A stretch of 64,000 bases of DNA from Dongia sp. (lineage in GTDB: Bacteria > Pseudomonadota > Alphaproteobacteria > Dongiales > Dongiaceae). Positions within the stretch are counted from its first letter, which is position 1. Each line of letters begins with the position of its first letter. Made by a program: the position numbers and the translations under genes. The stretch covers positions 9,113-73,112 of the forward strand of contig NZ_JAYRQR010000034.1 in NCBI RefSeq assembly GCF_041910485.1, read 5' to 3'. The notes beneath the pieces were generated by a model. That model was not told the DNA's origin, searched no databases, and worked only from the letters and a program-made list of their open reading frames with translations. This document shows, one piece after another, positions 1 to 12,409 of the stretch.

Positions 1-15
1 GCGACCTCGGGCTGA

Positions 16-534
16 TCAGGTTTCCCTGCCGTAGCCGCGTCCGGCATCGGCGTCTGCGATATCGTCCGGCCGCGAGCCTTCGTAATCCTCGACGGCAATG
101 CATCGATCCACCGTCTCGCCATCGCTCGAAAGCGGGAAGATGGAGCCGAAGAACGTGACCGTGTGATTGAATTTGCTCGTCAGAACGTCTTTGGAAAAGG
201 TCGGCCTCTTCTCGCGGCAGACCAGCTGATATTCCTTCGCTAAATCCTCGCGGACGTCTGCTGGAAGCTCGCTGACCTGATCCAGGTAGCGGCCCGTCAG
301 TTCATGGCGGAAACTCGCCACCTGGGTGCCGACCAATCGATAATAGATTCGAAACGGCTCATGCTCGATCGACGTCACGATCATGTTGGGCAGGATCCCG
401 CGCATTTCGGCCGGATCGAAGTCCTGCCACGACGGCATGGCGCGGGTGCCGCGCTTTGCGTCCCATATCTGATGAAACGCGCGAACCAGGGGAGACGTGA
501 CCTTGTCGAACGCTATATCGAGCTCGACGATCAC
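16..534 (-). CDS. small PAS-fold protein (PAS_5/PF07310-like), paralog 1 of 3
   Basis: ORF 16..624 trimmed to the GTG at 534, 8 nt after the trpE stop at 543. The pattern WQDFDP, FRIYYRLVGT, FPLSSDGETVD is shared with the ORFs at 57031 and 57648. Confidence 0.6.
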   Translation of the reverse strand: MIVELDIAFDKVTSPLVRAFHQIWDAKRGTRAMPSWQDFDPAEMRGILPNMIVTSIEHEPFRIYYRLVGTQVASFRHELTGRYLDQVSELPADVREDLAKEYQLVCREKRPTFSKDVLTSKFNHTVTFFGSIFPLSSDGETVDRCIAVEDYEGSRPDDIADADAGRGYGRET

Positions 535-542
535 GGCCGGCC

Positions 543-2060
543 TCAGCGATTGCGGCTGCCGCTTTGCGCGAAGAGCACCGCCTCCTGGGCGGCACGGATC
601 AGCGCGCGGGCCTTGTGGTGGCACTCCTGGAACTCGCTTTCGGGTACGGAATCGTTGACGATGCCGGCACCGGCCTGGACGTACATGGTGCCGTCCTTGA
701 TGACCGTTGTGCGCAGCGCGATGCAGGTGTCCATCGATCCGTCCGCCGCGAAATAACCAACTGCGCCGCCATAGACGCCGCGCCGTTCCGGCTCCAACTC
801 CTCAATGATCTCCATCGCACGCACCTTCGGCGCACCTGAAACAGTGCCGGCGGGGAAGCCCGCCATCAGCGCCGACATGGCGTCATATTTCGGATCGATA
901 CGCCCCTCGACGTTCGACACGATGTGCATGACGTGGCTGTAATTCTCAATCGTGAACTTCTCGGTCACCTTGACTGAGCCGATGGCGGCAACGCGGCCCA
1001 CATCGTTGCGGCCGAGGTCGAGCAGCATCAGATGCTCGGCCAGTTCCTTCTCGTCGGCGAGCAGGCTCGCCGCATTCGCCTTGTCCTCTTCGGCGTTCTT
1101 GCCACGCGGGCGCGTGCCGGCGATGGGCCGGATCGTCACCTTCTCATCGCGCAGGCGCACCAGGATTTCGGGGCTTGAACCGATGATGGTGAAGCCGCCG
1201 AGATCGAGGAAGAACAGGAAAGGAGACGGATTGAGGCGCCGCAGGGAGCGATAAAGGGCGAAGGGCGGCAGCTTGAACGGCAGCGAGAAGCGCTGCGACA
1301 GGACCACCTGGAAGATATCGCCGGCCAGGATGTACTCCTTGGCCTTGGCGACCATCTCGCCGAAATAGTCCCGCGTCATGTTGGACGTCGGCTCGGGCAG
1401 GTTGGCGATGTCGACGGCGCCGCCCTGCTGTGGCAAGCCGCGGTCGAGGTCGGCGACGATATCGTTGAGCCGCTCCAGCGCCTGATTGTAGGCCGCGCGG
1501 GCGTTCAGCGGGCTGTTTTGGGTCCAAACCGGGGTAACAATGGTGAGGCTATCTTCTACATTGTCGAATATGACGATGAGGGTCGGCCGCAAAAAGATGC
1601 TGTCATGCAGCCCCAATTTGTCCGACTTCAGCTCCGGCAGGCGCTCGACCTGGCGGATCATGTCATAGCCGAGGTAACCGAACAGGCCGGATGCCATCGG
1701 CGGCAGGCCGGCCGGCACGTCGATCCGGCTTTCGGCGATGAGGGCGCGCAAGGAATCGAGCGATGGCGCCGCTTCGGGTTCGAACTTCTCTGGTTCGAAA
1801 CGGGCGTTGCGGTTGATTTCGGCCTTCGGACCCCGGCAGCGCCAGATGATGTCGGGTTTGAGGCCGATGATCGAATAGCGGCCACGTACCGCGCCGCCTT
1901 CGACGGATTCGAGGAGGATCGAGTTGGGGCGACCGTCCGCCAGCTTGAGCATCACCGAGATGGTCGTCTCGAGATCGGCGATGAGGCGCGTCCAGACGAG
2001 CTGCGGCTTGCCTGCTTCGTGACCGCTCGCAAATCGCTCGAAATCCGGTTCCACTTTCAT
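543..2060 (-). CDS. trpE: anthranilate synthase component I
   Basis: 505 aa with chorismate-binding signatures IAGTRPRGK, GVYGGAVGYF and YVQAGAGIVNDS. Confidence 0.93.
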   Translation of the reverse strand: MKVEPDFERFASGHEAGKPQLVWTRLIADLETTISVMLKLADGRPNSILLESVEGGAVRGRYSIIGLKPDIIWRCRGPKAEINRNARFEPEKFEPEAAPSLDSLRALIAESRIDVPAGLPPMASGLFGYLGYDMIRQVERLPELKSDKLGLHDSIFLRPTLIVIFDNVEDSLTIVTPVWTQNSPLNARAAYNQALERLNDIVADLDRGLPQQGGAVDIANLPEPTSNMTRDYFGEMVAKAKEYILAGDIFQVVLSQRFSLPFKLPPFALYRSLRRLNPSPFLFFLDLGGFTIIGSSPEILVRLRDEKVTIRPIAGTRPRGKNAEEDKANAASLLADEKELAEHLMLLDLGRNDVGRVAAIGSVKVTEKFTIENYSHVMHIVSNVEGRIDPKYDAMSALMAGFPAGTVSGAPKVRAMEIIEELEPERRGVYGGAVGYFAADGSMDTCIALRTTVIKDGTMYVQAGAGIVNDSVPESEFQECHHKARALIRAAQEAVLFAQSGSRNR

Positions 2061-2086
2061 GATCGATTACCCCGCAAGAATGGCAC

Positions 2087-3973
2087 TTATTGATCGGACT
2101 GGTCGATCAAGCTTTGCCACTGCGCATCATTGCGTTCGACGGGGATCTCGGCCTTCAGGGCATCGTAGAAGGCCTGCTGCAGATCACCACCCAAGGATTG
2201 GGAGACGCGCTGCTCCAGTTGCTTCAAATCATCGGCATGCTCTTCGGGCTTGGCCGCCGTCACCTCGATCAGGCGGGCGACGACCGGGCCTTCGGCCGAC
2301 TGGCCCAGGGTCAGTTCCTGGGGCTTCAACTTGAAGATGGCCTGCGCCAGGACGGGGTCGACCCCGTTTTCCGGATCGCCGTCACCACGGTTGAACGGCT
2401 TGCTTATCTTCAGCGTGAGACCCAGCGCGGTCGCCTCGGCATTGAGGTCGCCACCGCCCTTCAACTTTTCGATCAAGGCCTTGGCCTTCTCGGTCGCTTT
2501 CTCGGATTGCTGAGCGGCAATCCAATCCTGGGTTGCCTGGTCCTTGACCTGGTCGAGCGGCTTCACGGCCGGGGCGGTGACGCCGGTGACCTGGGCTACG
2601 GCATAGGAACCGTCATTGAGTGCCGTGATGTCGCTGGGGTCGCCTGCGTCGGTGCCGAAAATGAGCCCCACCGCGTCCGACGACAGAGCAAGGTCGGTGC
2701 CGGCCGCATCCTTGCCGGAGGCGTCGATCGCCTCGATCTTCTGGATGTGAAGCTGCAGTTTCTTGGCGGCATCGTCCAAGGTGGCACCGCCCGCCAACTC
2801 GTCCTGCAGCTGCTCCCGCACGGATTCCATCGCATCGGCGGCACGGCCCAGGGCCAGCGTGTTGCGGAGTTCGGCCTTTACGTCCTCAAGGCTCTTGGTG
2901 CTGCCGGGCGTGATGGCGCGGACATGGGCGATGTGGATGCCGAAGGGGCTCTTCAGCGCATCGGAAACGCCGTCGGCGGCCAGAGCGAAGACGGCATCGG
3001 CGATATCGGCCGGCAGCTTGTCCTTGGTCACTTGGCCAAGCGATACGGGATCGCCTTGGGTCTCGGCCTTGACGGCATCGGCGAAGGCCTTGCCGCCCTT
3101 GATGTCGGCCAGGATCTTGTCGGCGACGGCCTGGTCCTGAACGACCACCTGTTCGACATCGCGGGTTTCGGGCGTGGTGAATTCCGCCTGGCGGGAATCA
3201 TATTCCTGCTGGATTTCATCGTCGCTGACCGAAACGTCCTGCACGAAATCCGCCGGCGCCATCTGCACCAGGGTCGCGGCGCGATATTCCGGGGCCTTGT
3301 AGCGGTCGGCATGGTCTTCATGCCATTTCTTGAGGGCCGCCTCGTCGGGTGTTCCCGCATCCGTGATGGATGCGTTGGGAATGGTCAGGACCGAGGCGGT
3401 GCGCAGTTCCTGCGTGTAGCCATAGACCGAATTGACCAGCGGCGACGGCGAGTGAATGACACCCAGCATGGCCACCAGCACTTCGTTGGCGCGCAACTGG
3501 CTGCGGATCATTTCGACATACTGCGCTTCGGTCTGGCCCATCTGGCGCAGGAAATACTCGAAGCGCGGGCGATCGAACTGGCCGGTGGCGCCGGCAAAAT
3601 TCGGGTCGGCCTGGATGGCCTGGATGGCTGCCGATTGCGGCATGTCGATGCCGAGCTTTTCGGCATAGGCCTGCAGGAGGCCCTTGTTTTCTGCCTGATC
3701 GACCAGACGCTGGGCGCCGCCGAAGGCCGCGAACATCTGCGGCGTCACCTGGACGCCCTGCATCTGCGAAACGCGCTGCAGGGCCAGCTTCAACTCACGG
3801 TCGAAATCGCCCTGGGTGTATTCGAAATTCTTGCCGATCTTCAGGATCGGCTTCGCGGTCTTGGCGCCACGGAAGACATCGCCGATCCCCCAAATGGCAA
3901 ACGCCGCGATGAGAAGGCCGAACAGAGCCTTGACGACCCAGGAGCGAGCATGTTTGCGAATGGAGCTGAGCAT
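2087..3973 (-). CDS. PpiD/SurA-like periplasmic peptidyl-prolyl isomerase chaperone
   Basis: ORF 2087..4273 trimmed to the ATG at 3973. MLSSIRKHARSWVVKALFGLLIAAFAIWGI is a PpiD-type N-terminal anchor, and SPFGIHIAHV is parvulin-like. The upstream 100 codons are low-complexity. Confidence 0.8.
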   Translation of the reverse strand: MLSSIRKHARSWVVKALFGLLIAAFAIWGIGDVFRGAKTAKPILKIGKNFEYTQGDFDRELKLALQRVSQMQGVQVTPQMFAAFGGAQRLVDQAENKGLLQAYAEKLGIDMPQSAAIQAIQADPNFAGATGQFDRPRFEYFLRQMGQTEAQYVEMIRSQLRANEVLVAMLGVIHSPSPLVNSVYGYTQELRTASVLTIPNASITDAGTPDEAALKKWHEDHADRYKAPEYRAATLVQMAPADFVQDVSVSDDEIQQEYDSRQAEFTTPETRDVEQVVVQDQAVADKILADIKGGKAFADAVKAETQGDPVSLGQVTKDKLPADIADAVFALAADGVSDALKSPFGIHIAHVRAITPGSTKSLEDVKAELRNTLALGRAADAMESVREQLQDELAGGATLDDAAKKLQLHIQKIEAIDASGKDAAGTDLALSSDAVGLIFGTDAGDPSDITALNDGSYAVAQVTGVTAPAVKPLDQVKDQATQDWIAAQQSEKATEKAKALIEKLKGGGDLNAEATALGLTLKISKPFNRGDGDPENGVDPVLAQAIFKLKPQELTLGQSAEGPVVARLIEVTAAKPEEHADDLKQLEQRVSQSLGGDLQQAFYDALKAEIPVERNDAQWQSLIDQSDQ

Positions 3974-4181
3974 AGTCCCCGATAAACCTGTTATTGCGCC
4001 GGAAAAGCCTTGCCGGCCTTGAAGATGGGCCCCATTCGGGGCGGCGCGCATCATAGGGAGGGGGCAGGGGGTGGGCAAGGCCCGGAATCCGCCGCATTGG
4101 CACCCTGTTTGGGAGCATGATATAGGGCCTGCCGGTCCCACCGGGGCCAGGTGATTCATCGAGCGAAGGGATCGAGCGCGC

Positions 4182-4952
4182 ATGACGACGCCGGGGATTC
4201 GGCCGTTGGTGGCCGGCAACTGGAAAATGAACGGCAGCCTCGGCATGGCCGGCACACTGATCGGCGACCTCAAGGCCCGGCTGGGGCAGGGAGCTCTGCC
4301 GGTCGATCTGCTGGTCTGCCCGCCATTCCCCTATCTCGGGGCCGTGGCCGCCGCTTTGGGCGGAAGCGCGATTTCCTTGGGGGCGCAGGATTGCCATGCT
4401 GCCAACAGCGGCGCCCATACCGGCGATGTCGCAGCCCCCATGCTGGCCGATCTCGGCTGTGGCTACGTCATCCTGGGCCATTCCGAGCGTCGGACCGACC
4501 ACGGCGAAAGCTCGGCGACCGTTGCCGCCAAGGCGAAGGCCGCCCTTGCGGCCGGTCTGACCGCGATCGTCTGCGTGGGCGAGACGGAGGCCCAGCGGAA
4601 TGCGGGCGAAGAGTTAAAAGTGGTGGAAAAACAGATAGTTGAATCTGTTCCTGCAGAGGCGAACGCCGGCAATACCGTCATCGCCTACGAGCCGGTCTGG
4701 GCAATCGGTACGGGAAAGACCCCGACCAGTGCCGATGTCGAGGCAATGCACCGGCATATCCGGGCGCTGCTCAAGCAGCGGGTCACTGGCGGAGCTGAGA
4801 TTCGCATCCTATATGGTGGGTCGGTGAAACCCGGAAACGCGGCCGAGCTGATGGCTGTGGCCGAGGTCAACGGGGCGCTGGTCGGTGGAGCCAGTCTCAA
4901 GGCCGAGGATTTCTGGGGAATTGCCGAGGGTGCCGCCAGGAGTGCCGGGTAG
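4182..4952 (+). CDS. tpiA: triosephosphate isomerase
   Basis: Motifs [28 protein letters not shown] and LYGGSV. Confidence 0.95.
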   Translation: MTTPGIRPLVAGNWKMNGSLGMAGTLIGDLKARLGQGALPVDLLVCPPFPYLGAVAAALGGSAISLGAQDCHAANSGAHTGDVAAPMLADLGCGYVILGHSERRTDHGESSATVAAKAKAALAAGLTAIVCVGETEAQRNAGEELKVVEKQIVESVPAEANAGNTVIAYEPVWAIGTGKTPTSADVEAMHRHIRALLKQRVTGGAEIRILYGGSVKPGNAAELMAVAEVNGALVGGASLKAEDFWGIAEGAARSAG

Positions 4953-5040
4953 CCCCTTCAAATTGGCGCTGGCCATTCCGGGTGAAAACCGGTAGAACCC
5001 GCGCCGAATTTCGACTTTTCAAGAACTTGCGAGCGCGTCC

Positions 5041-5439
5041 ATGCTGGGAGCCCTGTTCCCGATCGTCCTGGCGATTCACGTCATCATTACGGTCTTCCTT
5101 ATCGGCATCATTCTCACCCAAAAGAATGAGGGTGGCATGGGCGGCCTCGGTGGCGGCGCATCGGGCGGCATGGCGGGCTTTCTGTCCGGCCGGCAGCAGG
5201 CGAATCTGCTGACCAAGGCGACCCGCTGGCTCGCCGTCGGTTTTTTCTGCACCAGCCTGTTCCTCGCCTATTCGGACAGCCATCGCGCGGCCAAGTCGAC
5301 CCTGGTCGGCAACAGCCCGGCTGCGACCGAGCCGGCCGCCCCGGCGGGCGATGCCCCGGCCGGCGACTCGGGTGCTGCCAACAGCGTGCCGACTGAGCCC
5401 ACCCAACCGGCCCAACCGGCCGCGCCCTCCGGCCAATAA
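5041..5439 (+). CDS. secG: preprotein translocase subunit SecG
   Basis: 132 aa with an N-terminal TM helix, LTQKNEGGMGGLGGG, a second TM helix and an Ala/Pro-rich tail. It sits in the conserved tpiA-secG-pyrG order. Confidence 0.88.
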   Translation: MLGALFPIVLAIHVIITVFLIGIILTQKNEGGMGGLGGGASGGMAGFLSGRQQANLLTKATRWLAVGFFCTSLFLAYSDSHRAAKSTLVGNSPAATEPAAPAGDAPAGDSGAANSVPTEPTQPAQPAAPSGQ

Positions 5440-5511
5440 ACCGTGATCCATCAGGACCTTCCGACCGGCAAGCACAGAGCGCTTGCCGGACTACCCCGAC
5501 TCGTTCCATAA

Positions 5512-8026
<2,515 letters not shown>

Positions 8027-8047
8027 AGACGCGCGGAAATTTTACAT

Positions 8048-8126
8048 CGTCATCCCCGGGCGAAGTCCCGGGGATCCACTGTTGCAGCGGATAGACTGGA
8101 TCCCCGGGTCAAGCCCGGGGATGACG
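8048..8126. repeat. 79-bp two-hairpin REP-like element, full copy A
   Basis: Left module cgtcatccccgggcgaagtcccggggatcca (8048-8078). Right module tggatccccgggtcaagcccggggatgacg (8097-8126). The modules are inverted relative to each other and each is itself a hairpin. Copy A is near-identical to the copy at 63281-63359. Confidence 0.85.
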
Positions 8127-8212
8127 CATTGGCAGCTGCATACAGCCCGTTGCCCCGTTAAAAGCGGCCCTCTATGATCTTATTAAACAAATGATCAAGG
8201 GGAGCATGCGTC

Positions 8213-9382
8213 ATGGATTTCAAGCTGAGTGCCGCCGAGCTCGAGGTACAGGCCCGGGCGCGCGCCTTTACCGAAAATCACCTCTTTCCGAATGAGATCG
8301 CCTGCGACGAGCGCAAGCTCAGCAAGGGGAAGCTCGGCGAAATCCGCGAACAGGTGATTGCGCACAAGCTCAACGGCTATATCCACAGCAAGGCGGATGG
8401 CGGACAGGGCTACACGCCCATGCAGCAGATCCTGGTCGCCGAGGAGATCGGCAAATCGACCTGCGGCATGTGGACCGTGGTCTGGAAGGCATCGACCCCT
8501 TTGCGGCGCGGCACGCCCTGGCAGCGCGAAACATTCCTGCTGCCCTTCAATGCCGGGAAGGGGCGTTCCTGCTTTGCGATCACGGAAGAGGGGGCGGGAT
8601 CGGACCCGTCGCTGGTGAAGACCAGTGCCGTGAAGCGGAACGGAAAATGGGTCATCAATGGCGAGAAATGGTTCGTGACCTCGGCCGATGCCTCGACCGT
8701 GGTCATCGTCCATGCCCATGTCGATGGTGACGCCTCGAAGCCGACGCTTTTCATCGTCGACATGGATGCGCCTGGCGTGAAGATCAAGCGCATCCCGCAA
8801 TTCATGCATTCCTACCTCTACGAGCACTATGAAATGGTGTTCGACAATGTCGAGGTGGAGGACAATCGCCGCCTCGGCGAGGTGGGTCAGGGTTTCGACC
8901 TGACCAAGGAATGGTTCACCGAAACGCGCGTCGAGATTGCGGCGCATTGCCTGGGTGCCGCCATTCGTGCGACCGAAATCGCCAACGACTATGCCGCTGG
9001 CCGCGTGCAGTTCGGCAAGCCGATCCGCGATTTCCAGGCGATCGAGTTCATGCTGGCCGACATGGCGGTCGAGATCATGGCAGCGAAATCGTTTCTCTAC
9101 CGTGTCGGCGCCGAACTCAACGAGGGCATGGACCCCAAGCTGATGCACGCCAAGGCCTCGGCCCTCAAACTCTACAATTCCGAGATGGCCGGCCGCGTCG
9201 TCGACAAGGCGCTGCAGATCTTAGGGGGCCGCGGCTATATGCGCGAGAACCCGGTCGAGCGCCTCTATCGCGACGTGCGCGTCGACCGCATCTGGGAAGG
9301 CACCTCCGAAATCCAGCGCGTCATCATCGCCGGACAGATCAAGAAGCGGGGCCTTGGGATTTATACGGGCTGGGCGGGGTAG
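8213..9382 (+). CDS. acyl-CoA dehydrogenase family protein
   Basis: 389 aa with EEGAGSDPS and RIWEGTSEIQR. An AAGGGGAG Shine-Dalgarno lies about 8 nt upstream. Confidence 0.88.
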   Translation: MDFKLSAAELEVQARARAFTENHLFPNEIACDERKLSKGKLGEIREQVIAHKLNGYIHSKADGGQGYTPMQQILVAEEIGKSTCGMWTVVWKASTPLRRGTPWQRETFLLPFNAGKGRSCFAITEEGAGSDPSLVKTSAVKRNGKWVINGEKWFVTSADASTVVIVHAHVDGDASKPTLFIVDMDAPGVKIKRIPQFMHSYLYEHYEMVFDNVEVEDNRRLGEVGQGFDLTKEWFTETRVEIAAHCLGAAIRATEIANDYAAGRVQFGKPIRDFQAIEFMLADMAVEIMAAKSFLYRVGAELNEGMDPKLMHAKASALKLYNSEMAGRVVDKALQILGGRGYMRENPVERLYRDVRVDRIWEGTSEIQRVIIAGQIKKRGLGIYTGWAG

Positions 9383-9394
9383 TTTACTTCTTCC

Positions 9395-9484
9395 TGTCAT
9401 CCCCCGCGAAGGCGGGGGATCCACGAGTTACTTTCTTCAGTCTCGCAGAAACTCGTGGATGGTCCGCCTGCGCGGACCATGACA
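9395..9484. repeat. 90-bp two-hairpin REP-like element, variant copy C
   Basis: tgtcatcccccgcgaaggcgggggatccacgagtt (9395-9429) and aactcgtggatggtccgcctgcgcggaccatgaca (9450-9484). It has the same gtcat-stem-loop-stem-atcca architecture as copies A and B. Confidence 0.8.
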
Positions 9485-9498
9485 GCTAAGATGCTGGA

Positions 9499-11817
9499 CT
9501 AAAGCCGCGCCAGTGCCCGGTCCAGTGCGGCGACGGCGATGTCGGCATGTTCTTTCTTGAACACGATCGGCGGGCGGATCTTCAGGATGTTGCCGAGGAT
9601 GCCTTCGCTGCCGATGAGGACGCCTTCATCGCGCATGAGGTTGGTGATCCGCTTGGTCTCGGCCGCAGCGGGCGCCAGGGTCTTGCGGTCGGTGACGAGC
9701 TCGACGCCGAGAGCAAGCCCGGTGCCGCGCACATCGCCGATGAGGCTGTGCTTGGCCATCAAGCCCTTGATCCCGGCTTTGAGATAGTCACCGACGACGC
9801 GTGCATTCTCGATCAGCCCCTCGCGCTCGATCACGTCGAGCACGGCGAGACCGGCGGCGCAGGAGACGTTGTTGCCGCCGAAAGTGGAGAAGAAGGAATA
9901 TTCCTTCAGGAACGCCTCCATGATCTCGGGCGTGGTAATGACAACGCCGAGCGGGTGACCGTTGCCGGCCGGCTTCCCTATGGTGACGATGTCGGGCACT
10001 ACGCCGTGATGCGTGTGGCCCCACATGTGGGTCCCCATGCGGCCGAAGCCGGACTGCACTTCGTCGCCGATGCACAGGCCGCCGGCAGCGCGGACGCGTT
10101 TGAAGACCTCCGCCACATAGTTCGGAACCGGCTCCAGCACGCCGTTGGTCATCAGGGCGGAATCGATCATGAAGGCAGCCGTCTTGAGCCCGGCCGCGTC
10201 GAGCGAGGCGATCGCCTTGTCGGCATCCGCCGCGTAAAGGCGGCCCATATCATTGGTGCCGTGGCGGTATTGGCCGCGATAGCCGTCGGGCGGCGTCAGC
10301 GTCCGCATGTGCGGCGGCACCTTGTTGGCGTGATTGCCGCTGGGCGAGAAGGCGTCGATCGCCTCGGTGATACCGTGATAGGCGAAATCCATCGTGATAC
10401 CGCCGGCATGGCCGGTATAGGTCTTCGCCATGCGCCAGGCGATGTCGTTCGCCTCCGAACCTGAATTGACGAAGGCGCAGACCTTGAGCTTGCCGGGAAG
10501 GGTCGCCGTCAGACGCTCGCTATAGTCCAGTACCTGTTCGCCGAGATAGCGGGTGTTGGTGTTGAGGGTACGGATCTGGCGGGTGAGGGCCGCGACCACA
10601 TGCGGGTGGCAATGACCGACATGCGGCACATTGTTGTAGCAATCGAGGAAGCGCCGGCCCGTCGCATCGGTGAGCCAGACACCTTCGCCCTTCACCATAT
10701 GGAGCGGCGGATCGTAGAAGACATAGAGCTTCGAGCCCATCGTCGCCTTGCGCCGGGCGATGAGCGTGGCGACATCGGCGCCGGGCTGGGCGACGGGGAA
10801 GCCGCAGGCACGGCGCAAGCGATCGGTGAATGCGGCGCGGCCGATCTTTTCGAGTGCCAGGCAATTGTCGATCGCATGCTCGCCATACTCGGCCATGTAA
10901 TTGGGCTCGTCTGGCGTCTCATGGGCGCGGATCGCGTTGGTGAGCGGCGTTATCAGCAGGCGCGCACTGATGAGATCGAAAAGGAGCGCGATCTCGTCTT
11001 CCTCAAGCGGCGTCACCTGATGATAGGCCTCGACGATGGCTTCCGGCACGATGGCAAGGCGCGCGGGGTCGAGGGCGAAATCGGCAATGGCGTTGGCGAC
11101 ATCGAAGACGAGCGGGCCGTGAATCATGTCGCCGAAATCGATGATGCCGGCGATGCCAGCATCGTCGAGGATGAGGTTATGTTCATGAACGTCGGCATGG
11201 ACCAATTGCGCCCGCATCCCTTCAAGGCGCGACAGTACATCATCTTGCAGATGATTGAGGATGTCGGCAGCGATGCGGCGGTGTTCCGGCCTTTGCAACA
11301 GACCGACATGCGGCAGCAGGCGCGGTGCCATCCGCACATCCCACAGCAATTCGCGGTTTCCCGCTGCAGGATGGAAGTAACCGCGCATGGCGCGACCGAG
11401 CCGCGCCACCACCCCGCCGATGTCGCGATAGAGGGCGGCGGTCTGATCGCCGGTGCCGGCGATGCGGCCGTCGAGATAGGAGAGGACATAGAAGATGTGC
11501 GAGGCGCCATCTTCTGCCGTGATGCGCACAGTGGTGGCACCGTCGCGGGTGAGGCGGACCCGTGGCACCGGCAGGGTGGGATCGACACGCGAGATGTGCC
11601 GCAAGGTCTCGATCTGGCAATCGATGATGGCGGGATCTTCGGCGACGTTGGCGACCTTCAGAACCCAGGCCGCGCCACCCGCTTCACGCAGGCGCAAATT
11701 CTGGTCGCGCTCGCTGTAAAGCGGCGTTACCTCGCCTTCGAGATTGAAATGTTGTCGGGCAAGTCGCTCCACCAGTGACGTATCAAGGCGTGGTGCGTTG
11801 GTGCGCAGGAACTTCAT
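9499..11817 (-). CDS. fusion protein: N-terminal APH/hydroxylysine-kinase-like phosphotransferase plus C-terminal class-III PLP enzyme of the AGXT2L (phospho-lyase) type
   Basis: 772 aa. The kinase part has HADVHEHNLIL and IIDFGD. The PLP part has SGSEAND, GDEVQSGFGRMG and TIGKPAGNGHP, the last resembling the GKPMGNGHP signature of ETNPPL/PHYKPL. Confidence 0.8.
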   Translation of the reverse strand: MKFLRTNAPRLDTSLVERLARQHFNLEGEVTPLYSERDQNLRLREAGGAAWVLKVANVAEDPAIIDCQIETLRHISRVDPTLPVPRVRLTRDGATTVRITAEDGASHIFYVLSYLDGRIAGTGDQTAALYRDIGGVVARLGRAMRGYFHPAAGNRELLWDVRMAPRLLPHVGLLQRPEHRRIAADILNHLQDDVLSRLEGMRAQLVHADVHEHNLILDDAGIAGIIDFGDMIHGPLVFDVANAIADFALDPARLAIVPEAIVEAYHQVTPLEEDEIALLFDLISARLLITPLTNAIRAHETPDEPNYMAEYGEHAIDNCLALEKIGRAAFTDRLRRACGFPVAQPGADVATLIARRKATMGSKLYVFYDPPLHMVKGEGVWLTDATGRRFLDCYNNVPHVGHCHPHVVAALTRQIRTLNTNTRYLGEQVLDYSERLTATLPGKLKVCAFVNSGSEANDIAWRMAKTYTGHAGGITMDFAYHGITEAIDAFSPSGNHANKVPPHMRTLTPPDGYRGQYRHGTNDMGRLYAADADKAIASLDAAGLKTAAFMIDSALMTNGVLEPVPNYVAEVFKRVRAAGGLCIGDEVQSGFGRMGTHMWGHTHHGVVPDIVTIGKPAGNGHPLGVVITTPEIMEAFLKEYSFFSTFGGNNVSCAAGLAVLDVIEREGLIENARVVGDYLKAGIKGLMAKHSLIGDVRGTGLALGVELVTDRKTLAPAAAETKRITNLMRDEGVLIGSEGILGNILKIRPPIVFKKEHADIAVAALDRALARL

Positions 11818-11926
11818 GGTGAGCTACTCCCCTTCTGGCGCCGCAAGGTAAGGGGTGGCGCTCGACCGCGTCAATCTGCGGCAATGGGGGAGGGGGTGGG
11901 ATCAAAGCGCATGGCGCACGGCGCGG

Positions 11927-12409
11927 TCAGAGACACTTGTCCATCAGGCCGGCCAATGCCTCGGCTGCGTTGTCGTAGGTGTAGCTCCCGCGCCAGTTGA
12001 TCGAGCTGATTCCCATTTCAAGCTGATGGCTGGCACTGATCTCGTCGAAGAGGCGGGCGAGCGTCAGCTGCTGGCTGAGATCGTTCGCCTCGAACCACAA
12101 TTCCACATCCTTGGCGCGGAGAGTCAGGCTGTCCCGCGCCCCGTCGATGACGATGTTGAGCGAGTAGCGCTGCTCGTCGCGCACCAGCGTGTGGAAGATG
12201 GGCATCTTCATGGCGATGCCGCCGACATATTTGTTGTCGACCTTGCGGCAGAAGAAGCCGAAGAGATCGGCGACGCCGGATTGCATGTTGGCATAGTCGA
12301 TATTTCTGGCCGAACCGCGCACCCACTCGCCGGCCTGCTGGGCAGAGGCCGGTGTCGCGAGGCAGAGACAGACCAAGGCGGCGAGGCTAAGGCTGCGCGC
12401 GCGGATCAT
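11927..12409 (-). CDS. hypothetical secreted protein
   Basis: 160 aa with a signal peptide MIRARSLSLAALVCLCLATPASA/QQ. No recognisable domain. It overlaps the upstream LysR stop by 23 nt. Confidence 0.5.
   Translation of the reverse strand: MIRARSLSLAALVCLCLATPASAQQAGEWVRGSARNIDYANMQSGVADLFGFFCRKVDNKYVGGIAMKMPIFHTLVRDEQRYSLNIVIDGARDSLTLRAKDVELWFEANDLSQQLTLARLFDEISASHQLEMGISSINWRGSYTYDNAAEALAGLMDKCL

Noticed and set aside
2090-3985. A 631-aa plus-strand ORF.
   Set aside because: It is antisense to the ppiD-like gene, is Gly/Leu/Asp/Arg repetitive, and has no motifs.
8048-9484. Whether the repeated palindromic elements could be a CRISPR array.
   Set aside because: Copies are single and dispersed (8.05, 9.4, 50.8, 51.5 and 63.3 kb). 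They are not tandem with uniform spacers, and no cas genes are present.
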